DNA of 64,000 bases from a virus: positions 32,001 through 96,000 of the IMG/VR virus record IMGVR_UViG_3300009509_000004; one strand, 5' to 3'. Under the pieces are notes generated by a model, which saw only the letters and a list, made by a program, of their open reading frames with translations, had not been told where the DNA came from and made no database searches. Both the position numbers and the translations under genes were made by a program. Shown one piece after another: positions 30,263 to 39,692 of this stretch (positions within the stretch are counted from its first letter, which is position 1; every line of letters starts with the position of its first letter).

Positions 30263-31459
30263 TTAGACTCCCTGGCCGATGTTTCGCACCTTGACCAGCG
30301 CGTCCAGCTCTTCAAACTCCACCGCAACCTTGGCCGTGATGGCGTACTGGTTGACACCCTTGAAGATGTCACGATCTTTCTCGATCCTGACATCCCGCCC
30401 GATGCCGACCACAAAGTTGTTCTGGTGGGTGAGAATGAGCTGAGGATTGGACTTGTACGTCACCTTGACGGTGTCGCCGTCGCCAATCGCACCAAGTGCA
30501 ACACGTGCGATGGTACCAGCCGCCGCGTCCAGCACATAGTCGGTGGTCTCCACATATGGAGTCTGCGGAGCACCAGCAAGATCGCTCTTGCTGACCACGA
30601 CGTTCTGGACAGGGCCGTTCTTGAGAGCAACGGCAGTGGTGCCGTTGAGCTGAACGTGCTCAACCACCATCGGCAAGAAGTCCCACAGCGGCACTGGCAC
30701 TGCAGGGATGCCGAATGGCCCATGGCTCGCTCCACCTGCAGCCTGATCACCCAACGCTGTGGCGCGGGTGGACAGCTTCTCCAGGTAGATCTGCCACAGA
30801 TCGGGGGACATGAACCAACGCAACATGGACTTGTTGCGTCGGAATTTGGTGGGCATTGCACGGATGGCCTTGCTGAACAGGCTCAACCCGATGTTGGCCC
30901 CAGCCGCGTCCACAATGTGGCCGCCGTCTGCCAGCTTCTGCCAGCCGTCTTGGAGCGCCAGATACGTGTCCTTGACGTATCCGGTGGAGCTGCCACCGTC
31001 CAAGATGTCCGACTCCAGCTGGGCAGGGCCCAACTTGTCGCCGTTGACATACAGCTCTTCCATGTCGTTGGCGGTCTGCGTGGCCATCATCTGAATGATG
31101 TGTTCCTCCACGCTGTCGCCCTCGATGTTGAGCTCACGGAAGTTGTCGCCGATCTCGAACGGCACCATGAGCTCAGACGGCTTGAGGGTGACCTTGGACG
31201 TGGTGACTCCACGTCGCACGCCAGGATCACGTGCCTCTGCCTTGGGCACCGCCATGCGTTTGCCGATGCCGATCTTGTCGATTTCCAACGTCTCATTGCG
31301 GAAACGCACCACACGAGCGTTGTTGCGCAGCACCGTCTCATCGATCACGAAGTCGATGAAGCGATCACTCTGCGCGGGATTCAACTTGCCTGCACTGGCC
31401 AGCGCGTCAGCTGTGATGACTGCTTTCTGGACCAGCTCTTCATTGGAGATACCAGCCAT
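30263..31459 (-). CDS. Major capsid protein (HK97 fold) with an inserted beta-sandwich domain
   Basis: GKLNPAQSDRFID...EIDKIGIG...NIEGDSVE...DMEELYVNGD...DGWQK; follows the scaffold. Confidence 0.92.
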   Translation of the reverse strand: MAGISNEELVQKAVITADALASAGKLNPAQSDRFIDFVIDETVLRNNARVVRFRNETLEIDKIGIGKRMAVPKAEARDPGVRRGVTTSKVTLKPSELMVPFEIGDNFRELNIEGDSVEEHIIQMMATQTANDMEELYVNGDKLGPAQLESDILDGGSSTGYVKDTYLALQDGWQKLADGGHIVDAAGANIGLSLFSKAIRAMPTKFRRNKSMLRWFMSPDLWQIYLEKLSTRATALGDQAAGGASHGPFGIPAVPVPLWDFLPMVVEHVQLNGTTAVALKNGPVQNVVVSKSDLAGAPQTPYVETTDYVLDAAAGTIARVALGAIGDGDTVKVTYKSNPQLILTHQNNFVVGIGRDVRIEKDRDIFKGVNQYAITAKVAVEFEELDALVKVRNIGQGV

Positions 31460-31519
31460 GTTCTTTCCTCCTGAATCGCAACCTTCTGGTTACTTGTTTG
31501 CTGTCACCCCTGAGCAGTC

Positions 31520-32506
31520 CTACAGGACGCCTGCCCAAAAGCTCTTTTTCGTTTCCTGAGTGTCGGTTCCACCCTCGCCCTCCAAACTCGTGGACGGGTT
31601 GCGGGTTTTCTCGATACTCTCCAGCCGCTCGCCCAAGCCCTTGGTGACCTCTTGGACTTCATCCAGCTTTGCCTTCAGGATGTCCTTGAGCTCAGTCAAG
31701 CTCTTGGTCAACTCGACCACCCCACTGCCTCCAAACTTGGTGCCTGCGGGCACACTGGACTTGGGATTGCCGCCAACAGGGATCTCCTGCATGGACAGCT
31801 CCTTCATGAGCCCAGACAGTGTCTCGATGGCCTGCTTGAGAGCAGCCTCACGCTTGGGCGTGAATGCCTTGGCCTTCTGGACGCCCACGGCCAGCACCTC
31901 CAGCATCTTCTGCACGGTGGCCTCGCCGTCATCGCCCTCGTCACCACCCTCGCCCTCACCGCCATCGGCGTTCTTTTGGGTTTTCTTGAGGGGTGGTTGC
32001 GCGGATGCGCCTGGCTTGAACTGACCTGGCATCTTCTTGTCGAAGTCTGCCAGCGCCTTCTCAAGCGCCTCGCCTTTGATCCCAGCCGATTCCAGCTGAG
32101 ACTTGAACATGCCACGCATGTCAGGCATCTTGCCCTTCTCCACATTGGTTTGGGTTTCGCCATCGCTGGCATCCCCATCGCCGTCGCCAGAGGCATTTGC
32201 CCCTGTCGCCTTTGCGATGTTTTCAACCAGCTCTGTGACTTGCGCCATGGCCTTTTCGACAGCTTCAGTGGTAGCCTTGGCCACCTCAACCTGAACTTTC
32301 TCAGGTGCAGTGCCGCTGTCTTTGGCCACTGGCTCTGTCACACCTTCCTGATCCTTCTTCACTTCGGTGTTCACATCGGCCATGTCGCCTTCCTCCTGGT
32401 TCAACCGTTTGACTACAACAAACTCCTGTTCATTCGCAGGACTGTCCACCAAGGATACTTCCCCAACGGACAAATCAACAAATCTTTGCTTGGGCTGGTT
32501 CGCCAT
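31520..32506 (-). CDS. Capsid scaffold protein; the N-terminus carries the EVSLVDSPAN protease-like segment
   Basis: Charged and helical, with many V/I-x-K motifs; directly upstream of the MCP. Confidence 0.75.
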   Translation of the reverse strand: MANQPKQRFVDLSVGEVSLVDSPANEQEFVVVKRLNQEEGDMADVNTEVKKDQEGVTEPVAKDSGTAPEKVQVEVAKATTEAVEKAMAQVTELVENIAKATGANASGDGDGDASDGETQTNVEKGKMPDMRGMFKSQLESAGIKGEALEKALADFDKKMPGQFKPGASAQPPLKKTQKNADGGEGEGGDEGDDGEATVQKMLEVLAVGVQKAKAFTPKREAALKQAIETLSGLMKELSMQEIPVGGNPKSSVPAGTKFGGSGVVELTKSLTELKDILKAKLDEVQEVTKGLGERLESIEKTRNPSTSLEGEGGTDTQETKKSFWAGVL

Positions 32507-32522
32507 TTATCGCTCCGTTTCT

Positions 32523-33122
32523 TCAAGCAGCCAGCTTCTGAACTTTGGCCTTGCCGCCAATAGAAAAGCCCTTGAGCTTGGCCTCTTTGACCAATTTCCA
32601 GACCTTGGCGTCAGTCACCTTGACTGTCATGATCCATGCGCCCTCTTTGACTGTGGTGCCATTGATCACAACGTCATGTGGAGCGATCCAAGACTCAAGA
32701 AGCTCAAATTGTTGCTTTCCAAAATACTTGTGCATTAGGCCAAGTTTGGTGGCCTTGTTGTACCTTGCTACGAATTGGTGCGCCGCCTTCCTGATCACCT
32801 CCTTGCTCATGATGTCGCCTTGGGCGTCCACCACTTCTGGCTGGAGCACGACGCCTGTGACAGTCTGCTCATCAGCATTGGCTTTGATCAGGGGCACATA
32901 GATGTTCTTTTGGACTTCAGTTGTCTCCATGTCCTCTGCCTTCTCTTGAGGCTCCAGCTTGACCTTGGGCTGCTTTGGCTTGACGCCGCTGCCGCCTGGT
33001 AGCCCCCTTGCTGGGTGCAATTTGCCGCTGTCGCTCAAGTCTCCAGCATCGATGGTCTTGGCGACAACTTTGTGTTGCCCCTTCTCATCGGCTGGAAAAG
33101 CTCTGCGTGGTAGCCTTGGCAC
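32523..33122 (-). CDS. XkdF-like putative prohead protease
   Basis: EQTVTGVVLQPEVVDAQGD...IRKAAHQF...MH...LESWIAP...GAWIM...KGFSIGG. Confidence 0.85.
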   Translation of the reverse strand: MPRLPRRAFPADEKGQHKVVAKTIDAGDLSDSGKLHPARGLPGGSGVKPKQPKVKLEPQEKAEDMETTEVQKNIYVPLIKANADEQTVTGVVLQPEVVDAQGDIMSKEVIRKAAHQFVARYNKATKLGLMHKYFGKQQFELLESWIAPHDVVINGTTVKEGAWIMTVKVTDAKVWKLVKEAKLKGFSIGGKAKVQKLAA

Positions 33123-33258
33123 ATCTCACCTCGTTTGCGCAATTCAACACAACAAGGTAAGAGTAGATTGGAAGCGCCAAAAAGGAAAGCATCACACAGG
33201 CATGAAACCCGTTATGCTTTCTTGATTTTGTGCAAATGATGTGGGAGAACGGCTGAAA

Positions 33259-33507
33259 CTATACTTCTTCAACCATGATTTTGCTGGAATTTGAAAATGC
33301 GATGGGCAGATTGTCCAAGAACTTTTGGCCGTCCTTGGGGGTGAAAAGACCTTTTGCTGTCACGATCCCGTTGCGCTCCAAGTCATCCTTGAACCACTCG
33401 GTGTCCTTCTGCCAGTCAGCGACCAACTTGCCCCCAGACATATTGAATGTGACTAGGTGCTTGTATTTGCCTGTATCTGGCTTGTATATGGTGACCTTGA
33501 GTGCCAT
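33259..33507 (-). CDS. Small protein downstream of the MuF-kinase; candidate immunity protein or regulator
   Basis: 82 aa, AGGAG RBS, 38 nt after the MuF-kinase stop. Confidence 0.6.
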   Translation of the reverse strand: MALKVTIYKPDTGKYKHLVTFNMSGGKLVADWQKDTEWFKDDLERNGIVTAKGLFTPKDGQKFLDNLPIAFSNSSKIMVEEV

Positions 33508-33545
33508 CTATTATCTCCTATGCGGTTCTGCCCACTTTCGCTGAA

Positions 33546-35648
33546 TCACCCGCCAGTCTTGGCCCCTGGCGTGGAACTGATGAATTGCCCTGCTGATGTG
33601 ATATTCTGCGGAGCAGCCCCTGCATCTTTGTATGCCTCTCCAACGATCTTGATGATTTTCTCTCTGTCTCCTGGCTTGACCAACGTCAACGGTTTGTTGG
33701 TGGCCCTGCTGAAAAACTCCATGACCTTGGATGTGGAGTTGTACTCAGGCATCTTGTCTATGATTTGTGGGTTGATTTGCAGCGCCCTGATTCTGATCAA
33801 CGTTTCCATCGTGGCCTGGCTGGGCACACCCGCTTCCCTGAGCACCTGGGCAACTCTCTCCAACTTCAACTTCCTGATTGCCAACACGCTCGCCCGATCC
33901 AATTTGACCAACGAGTCTGCCAACGTGGATGGCGCATCAGTTGGGAAAATGTACCTTGCAGGCATCCCCTTTGGGAATGTCAGCCCGTTGTCGATTGCGA
34001 TGGCGTTGTATGCCGTCTTGCCGCCCCTCTTCACGGCCTTGAACATGATATTCTGCGTGTGTCTGTCGTCATTGGCCCCGATGACGTCAAGCAAAAACAT
34101 CCTGCGGATGCGCGGATCGTTGTTCAGTTGGCCCGCATAGGCCATGCTCCTGACTGCAGACCCTACATCATCCATGTCCTTTGCCCCTGGAACATAGTGT
34201 TGCAGGCTGCCAATCTTACCAACGCCTGGATCACGAGACACAGTTGGTGGCACAACCATTGTGCCGCCCATCTCCCTGTCGATCTTGTACATGGCAGCTT
34301 CCCTGGCGTGGTATGTCCCAGGCTCGATGCCCCTGCGCAAGCTCATCTCGCTCTCAGCTGTCTTCCAGACAGCCTTCACTTTGGTTTGGTCTGGCGTCTG
34401 TAGGGTTGCCATCTGCGCCCCGTTGACGCCCTTCCCGATCTGCTTTGCGCTGATCATCCTGCTCGTCAGCAAGTTGCGGATGATTTTGTCTTCAGCACTC
34501 TCCTTTTTGACACCAGGCGGCATGATCTCCTTGGGCCTCACTGGCCTGGTGCTCGTTGGGAAGTCCATTGGTTGCAGATCTGAATATGACCCAACCTCAT
34601 CGGACACATCAACTGTACACCTGCACCTGAAGTGATATGGCGGCAAGGAGAATCCAGCAGCGGCAAGCGCCGCTTCATCCTTCCCCTCGACAGCCTTGGC
34701 ACTCCTGGGCCATGGGTGTATTGCCTTGATGTCCTCTGGGCTCTTGGCCATGAACTCCTGCTCAATCTGATTCAACCCCTGCTGCAAGCTGAACGTCTTG
34801 CCTTGCAGCGAGTCACAGACTGCGCAGATCCTTGTGCCACCTGGATTGGTGATGGTGTAGCGCGTGATGCCGACCTCGGCAAAACTCCGCATCTGCCCAT
34901 ACACCCGTCCAACCGTCATCGCATTGGCGACAAGCCCTTCAAAATACTGCTTCTCAGTGCCTATGAATCCTTTGGGCGTGACAACCTTCCCCAACATCGC
35001 CTTGACGCGGTCAGCCATCAGCTGGCCCGCAACGGCTGGACTTTGCCCCGCCTCGATCATCGCCTCGCGTGTTGTGTCGCTGATCGAGTTTGACAGGTTG
35101 GTGTCGTAATGTTCACCAATCCAAAATGTGTTCTTGTCCTTCAGCGCCTGGACAGCCTCTTCATCGACAAGATCAAACGATGGAAGCGCTTGAACCTTTG
35201 CCTTTTTGACAGTTGACGTTGTGCCCTCTGTCTTGGGCACGTTGAACTGGAGCGATGCCATAGACTGCTTGGTGGCCTTCTTGTAGCCTGCCAGCCTGGC
35301 CAGCCTGTACACAGCGACTATTTCTGTGTTGAATGTGGCTGTTACGTCCTTGGCCCACTTGTTCATGACGTTGGCGATTGCGGCTGCAATCTTGTCGGCA
35401 GGCTTCAAGTCCTTTGCCATCTTGACAGCGACCTTGACCGCCTCTGCTTTGCGTGCGTTCCACTTCCCTTCCAGGAAGCTCCGCAAGCGCAACTCAGCCC
35501 GCGCAATCTGCGCAACCTCGCTCAACTTGAGCACTTTCGCAATCGTCAAATCGGATGATGCGCTGTTGATGTATGCCTTGGTCACGCCAATGGATACATA
35601 CTTGCGCTCATGCAGCTTTATGACATTGCTGTGGCAATCATCGCACAT
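33546..35648 (-). CDS. MuF/SPP1 gp7-like minor head protein fused to a C-terminal PI3/PI4-kinase-like domain
   Basis: MuF motifs CAVC...GKTF and PPYHFRCRC. Kinase motifs GKGVNG, AVWK, REAAMYKID, VPPT, GSLQHYV, NDDRHTQN, AIDNGLTFP. Confidence 0.85.
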   Translation of the reverse strand: MCDDCHSNVIKLHERKYVSIGVTKAYINSASSDLTIAKVLKLSEVAQIARAELRLRSFLEGKWNARKAEAVKVAVKMAKDLKPADKIAAAIANVMNKWAKDVTATFNTEIVAVYRLARLAGYKKATKQSMASLQFNVPKTEGTTSTVKKAKVQALPSFDLVDEEAVQALKDKNTFWIGEHYDTNLSNSISDTTREAMIEAGQSPAVAGQLMADRVKAMLGKVVTPKGFIGTEKQYFEGLVANAMTVGRVYGQMRSFAEVGITRYTITNPGGTRICAVCDSLQGKTFSLQQGLNQIEQEFMAKSPEDIKAIHPWPRSAKAVEGKDEAALAAAGFSLPPYHFRCRCTVDVSDEVGSYSDLQPMDFPTSTRPVRPKEIMPPGVKKESAEDKIIRNLLTSRMISAKQIGKGVNGAQMATLQTPDQTKVKAVWKTAESEMSLRRGIEPGTYHAREAAMYKIDREMGGTMVVPPTVSRDPGVGKIGSLQHYVPGAKDMDDVGSAVRSMAYAGQLNNDPRIRRMFLLDVIGANDDRHTQNIMFKAVKRGGKTAYNAIAIDNGLTFPKGMPARYIFPTDAPSTLADSLVKLDRASVLAIRKLKLERVAQVLREAGVPSQATMETLIRIRALQINPQIIDKMPEYNSTSKVMEFFSRATNKPLTLVKPGDREKIIKIVGEAYKDAGAAPQNITSAGQFISSTPGAKTGG

Positions 35649-35657
35649 GTTGCCACC

Positions 35658-37529
35658 TTACATGTCAAGGTCAAAGTCTGTGGTGTCCTCGACCGATCTG
35701 GACTTTTCGACCTCTGTTTGCAGACGCCTCTCCAGCTTCTTGTTGATGCTGAGCAGGTGGTCAACCATGGGATCGCTGCCCAGCCCGCTGACCATCTCGC
35801 TGTTGCCGCACTTGGTGCATTCAGCCTCGATGAGCGTTGGCTCTTCAATATCTGCATCGACATCCCAAAGCCTCTTGAGCGCCGTGAGTTGTTGCCCTGG
35901 CTCAGTCGGTTCTGCTTTGTTCTTGACCGCCTCTGCCATGGTGAGGCTGAACGGCACATCAGATGGGAAGTCTGCTGGGAAGTCTGGAAGCTCTGCTGAC
36001 AAGATGTCTTCAAGCATCACGCGTGCGATGCGTGGCGTCATCCCGCCTGTCTTCTCAGCGCCCGCCAGGATCTTGACCAGCTGCTGATTGTCTGTCGTGT
36101 TGGGGCTGTTGCTCTTGTATTTGTGGTACACAATCCCCATCTCAGGGAACAAGATGCGGTTGATCAGCTCATCAAACTCCTGCCGCTCTGGAGCAAAGAT
36201 CTGCTCATCTGCAAGCACCCGACTGGCCTCAGCCGTTGCCCTGGTGTATTCATCCGTGCGACCGACAAAGATCGGTGGAAGTCTCCAAACCCGCCTCACC
36301 TTGTCCTGGTTGTTCTCGCTGTAATTCTGGAACAACGCATCCTTGTGTTGCTCCTTGACCAATGGTTTGACCTCGACCTTGGCGTGGCTGCCGCTTTCCT
36401 CGCCCTCCATCAAGCCTTCAGCTTCCAGCAACAAAAACTTGCTGTAATTGTCGCTGCCCTGAATCTGGCTCTCCACAAAGCTCTCGATGCGTTGAATTGA
36501 GCCCTCGGTGAGCTGCCCATTGCTGACCAACACGACCATCGATGGAATATTGTTGTTCCTGAAGGTCACATAGTTGATCTCTTCAGCAGCCCTGTCTCCA
36601 AAGATGCTGAGCATGTTGCCGATATATCGGGGCAACCCGTATGGCGTGCGAGCTGAGTACAGCTTCATGTGCACGACCTCGTTTGCCCTGTCTTCTATGG
36701 GCAGCTTGGCGTCTGCGATCTGCCCTGTGCGATTGTCATATATGCGTGTGTCACCAAACTCCTTGAACCACCTGATTTTGTGCCCTCCAACCGTGGATAG
36801 GTTGCGCAGGTACACCGCCTTGCTCTGAACAAACTTCCTGAAGCGCCGCCACTCCTTGATTGTGGCGACCTTGACGCTGCCATCCAGCTGCAACTCCAGG
36901 ATCTTGCGATCTGTGAGAACCTGCGCCTCATCCAGTCGCCCCAACCGCATCTGGTAACTGGGCAAGTGCACAAACGATTGTATTGCCCCAAGGTCATTTC
37001 TGATGACCTCAAAGTAGGCATTGCCTGTGCCTTCCAAGTCCTTGCGCAATTTGCGTCTGAATGCCACAAAGCTCTCTGCTGTGCAGTATTGGAAAAAGTT
37101 GACAAGGCGCACCCGCTCCTTGTTCAGCTTCTTTTCCAATTCAGGCGGCAATTTCTCGCCATCAACCTCTTTTTTCATGCGTGGCACAAAGCGATGGCCA
37201 AACCCCTCGATGTTTGTTTCCATTGCCTCGATGCACTGCTCCATCTCGCTGGAATGCTCTGGGAGCATCGCCAATGTGAGCAGGTCAAATGGTGGCTCGA
37301 TGACCGTGCCCTTCACCGATAGTGAATGGAACGGATCTTGCGGCACAGCCTGAGACTTCCCAGGGGCAGCTCTGGGCAGCTGCTTGGTGATTGGGATGTC
37401 CATTTGTCCGATGACACGCGCCCTGATTGTGTTCATCGCCTTTTGATTGGCATCTGCACCAGCAACATTGGCCGCCTTCTCAATGGAAACGACCTGTGCC
37501 GCTTGTGCCTTCCTGTTATGATTGGCCAT
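35658..37529 (-). CDS. Portal protein (PBSX-like)
   Basis: IEPPFDL...DLEGTGNAYFEVIRN...PYGLPRY...FRNNNIP...WRLPPIFVG; follows the terminase. Confidence 0.92.
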   Translation of the reverse strand: MANHNRKAQAAQVVSIEKAANVAGADANQKAMNTIRARVIGQMDIPITKQLPRAAPGKSQAVPQDPFHSLSVKGTVIEPPFDLLTLAMLPEHSSEMEQCIEAMETNIEGFGHRFVPRMKKEVDGEKLPPELEKKLNKERVRLVNFFQYCTAESFVAFRRKLRKDLEGTGNAYFEVIRNDLGAIQSFVHLPSYQMRLGRLDEAQVLTDRKILELQLDGSVKVATIKEWRRFRKFVQSKAVYLRNLSTVGGHKIRWFKEFGDTRIYDNRTGQIADAKLPIEDRANEVVHMKLYSARTPYGLPRYIGNMLSIFGDRAAEEINYVTFRNNNIPSMVVLVSNGQLTEGSIQRIESFVESQIQGSDNYSKFLLLEAEGLMEGEESGSHAKVEVKPLVKEQHKDALFQNYSENNQDKVRRVWRLPPIFVGRTDEYTRATAEASRVLADEQIFAPERQEFDELINRILFPEMGIVYHKYKSNSPNTTDNQQLVKILAGAEKTGGMTPRIARVMLEDILSAELPDFPADFPSDVPFSLTMAEAVKNKAEPTEPGQQLTALKRLWDVDADIEEPTLIEAECTKCGNSEMVSGLGSDPMVDHLLSINKKLERRLQTEVEKSRSVEDTTDFDLDM

Positions 37530-37543
37530 GCCAGCCTCCTACC

Positions 37544-39016
37544 TCAGATGACGCCTGGCTCACGCCGTCTGCCTCTGCGTTTTTTGAGTTTACTCGCTCT
37601 GTTGGCTAGGTCCAAAGCGTCAAACAAATCCTTGTATCTGAAATTTGGGAACAGCACCAGCTGTTCGACCAATAGATGCATGTTGCCGCCCTTCTTGAAA
37701 AACATCCTCATGTCCTCAAACTGCGGCTCCAGCTTCCATGCCCTTGCGATTTTGTCCTTGTCCTGATTGACAGGCTTCAACCTGATGTCTTTGTCGTATT
37801 CATCTTTCAGGTTCTGATACTGCGCCAGCTGATATGCATTGGTCTCGATGCAGCACCTGATTGGATCCCACTTCTGGTAATACTCAATGATCTTCCTTGT
37901 CTGAGCGCCAAAGCGTAGGTGCCCAGCAAAGAAGTCCAACACATACCTGTTCTTGTCTGTGTCCATCCCAAGGACAACAATGGCCATCTGGTCATTGGTT
38001 TCCTTTTCTGTGATGGCCAAGTCAACGCCCATGAAGATGCGCAGCGCCTTGGGGATGTCCCCAGCCTCGATCATCTGGCATTGATCATATTGGAAAATTT
38101 CACCCTTCATCGCCTCTGTATCACATTGATACTGTGCGTTGAAGATGATGATGCCTGACTTGCGCTTTTTCTCCATGAACCATTTGGGTGGATACTTCTC
38201 TGGCCATGGGCTGCGCCCGTCTGCGTCCAACGCTGCGATGATATTGTGGTGGTGCTTCAGCTCGTTGTCGATGAGGTGCCCATACAGGTCATCATAGTGA
38301 TACCTTGTGCCCAGCCTGTGGTGCTCCCCTCTGTGCTCAACGCTTGGGTCTGGCGGTTCCAAAGTTGGGTCAAGTGATTGGTAGTACCATGTCCTGGTCT
38401 TGTCGCGCATGTACTTTGTGCGCGTGTTCTCTTCATCGCACAGGTCATCGCTGATGATGACGTCATAGTGCTTGCCAACGACCTGCGCCCCAACACCCAG
38501 CGTTGTGACAGACGCCTCCTTGGCCCTTGTCGTGCGGGGCAGCACCTCGATCTCGCTGTTGTCCCACTTCCTGACTGCTCTTGGGTCATAATATGGCCCA
38601 AATATCTCAATGAGCTTGTCGTTGCTCTCGAAATGCGCCTTGATTTCTTTCAAGAATGCCTCTGCCTGCCCTGACGTCTTTGAGGTGATCAGGATGCGCA
38701 GGTTGGGATTCTTGAGCAATAGGTGGATGACTTTGGCAACTGTGCAAACCGTGGACTTTCCAGCCCCTCGGAATGCCAATTGCAGGTTGTCTGGGTGCCT
38801 GAATTGATATGCCATCATCGCCAGATGGAATGGCTCCACCTGGTATCCCAGCACGTAGGTGGCCAAGATGTCTATGCGATTGTTGACAATGATTTGGCGC
38901 TTCAACCACTCATTGCCCATGGCCTTGTAGTGGTCAAGCGTTTGGACAAGCTCGCTGCGCTCTGAGTCCTCAATCCTTCTTGTTATCGGTATGACCGCAG
39001 CACCTGGCATGCTCAA
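37544..39016 (-). CDS. terL: Terminase large subunit
   Basis: Walker A FRGAGKST, GKHYDVIISDD Walker B, GTRYHYDDLY, nuclease GVDLA and KDLFDAL. Confidence 0.95.
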   Translation of the reverse strand: MSMPGAAVIPITRRIEDSERSELVQTLDHYKAMGNEWLKRQIIVNNRIDILATYVLGYQVEPFHLAMMAYQFRHPDNLQLAFRGAGKSTVCTVAKVIHLLLKNPNLRILITSKTSGQAEAFLKEIKAHFESNDKLIEIFGPYYDPRAVRKWDNSEIEVLPRTTRAKEASVTTLGVGAQVVGKHYDVIISDDLCDEENTRTKYMRDKTRTWYYQSLDPTLEPPDPSVEHRGEHHRLGTRYHYDDLYGHLIDNELKHHHNIIAALDADGRSPWPEKYPPKWFMEKKRKSGIIIFNAQYQCDTEAMKGEIFQYDQCQMIEAGDIPKALRIFMGVDLAITEKETNDQMAIVVLGMDTDKNRYVLDFFAGHLRFGAQTRKIIEYYQKWDPIRCCIETNAYQLAQYQNLKDEYDKDIRLKPVNQDKDKIARAWKLEPQFEDMRMFFKKGGNMHLLVEQLVLFPNFRYKDLFDALDLANRASKLKKRRGRRREPGVI

Positions 39017-39318
39017 CCCCGCTTGGGATCGTACACCAGGAATGTCGCCTCATCTTCAGGCACAAGGACAGTCTGTGGACGTGTCCATGTTTTCTCGACC
39101 CCGCTTGCCCCTTGTGCGGGTGGTGTACAATAAGGGCATGAAATGTGTCCCATGTCACTCTCGACATAGAACGGCTTGTGGCAGTCCTGGCAAAAACACG
39201 CCAAGAGACCAGTTGAGATGTAGTGGGCTTGCCCTCCATCTCCATCCCCTACAACAATTTTGTCTGGCAGACGTTTCAGCCTGCTGACCCTGATTTTCGA
39301 CATGCGCAAGCACCCCAA
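39013..39318 (-). CDS. Zn-ribbon hypothetical protein
   Basis: CQDC...CPYC; overlaps the terL start. Confidence 0.5.
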   Translation of the reverse strand: MGCLRMSKIRVSRLKRLPDKIVVGDGDGGQAHYISTGLLACFCQDCHKPFYVESDMGHISCPYCTPPAQGASGVEKTWTRPQTVLVPEDEATFLVYDPKRG

Positions 39319-39323
39319 TGTCT

Positions 39324-39692
39324 CTATGAGAATTGCTTGTGCTCAAACCCAGCGACAAGGATGTCCACAACGCCCGTCGTGACCGCCACCTGCACAAAGA
39401 AGATCCTGCCCATTGGCTCGATGGTGAACTCATACGGCACGCCAGCACCGACTCCTGCCTTGGTGATCGGGGTGTGCTCTTGAACAAACTTGTCGGCTTT
39501 GTCGCTCCACCACCAAATCGCAACATTGGGGTTGACGCCTGCCGCTGGAACAACCTGGACATGGGCATACTTGTACATGGCCCCGTTGCAGCCGTGCTGC
39601 TTCTTGACATTGGCCATGACATCTGCTGCTGAAACGCCTTCCCTGTACAGCCCATATTCAGGTGCAAGCGTCATTGAAAATTTTGTTGTCAT
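39324..39692 (-). CDS. Putative virion beta-sandwich protein
   Basis: AAGGAG RBS; beta-rich, 122 aa. Confidence 0.55.
   Translation of the reverse strand: MTTKFSMTLAPEYGLYREGVSAADVMANVKKQHGCNGAMYKYAHVQVVPAAGVNPNVAIWWWSDKADKFVQEHTPITKAGVGAGVPYEFTIEPMGRIFFVQVAVTTGVVDILVAGFEHKQFS

Noticed and set aside
33244-33252. A second inverted GGAGAACGG after the immunity-like gene
   Set aside because: Only a 9-nt match, which could be chance.
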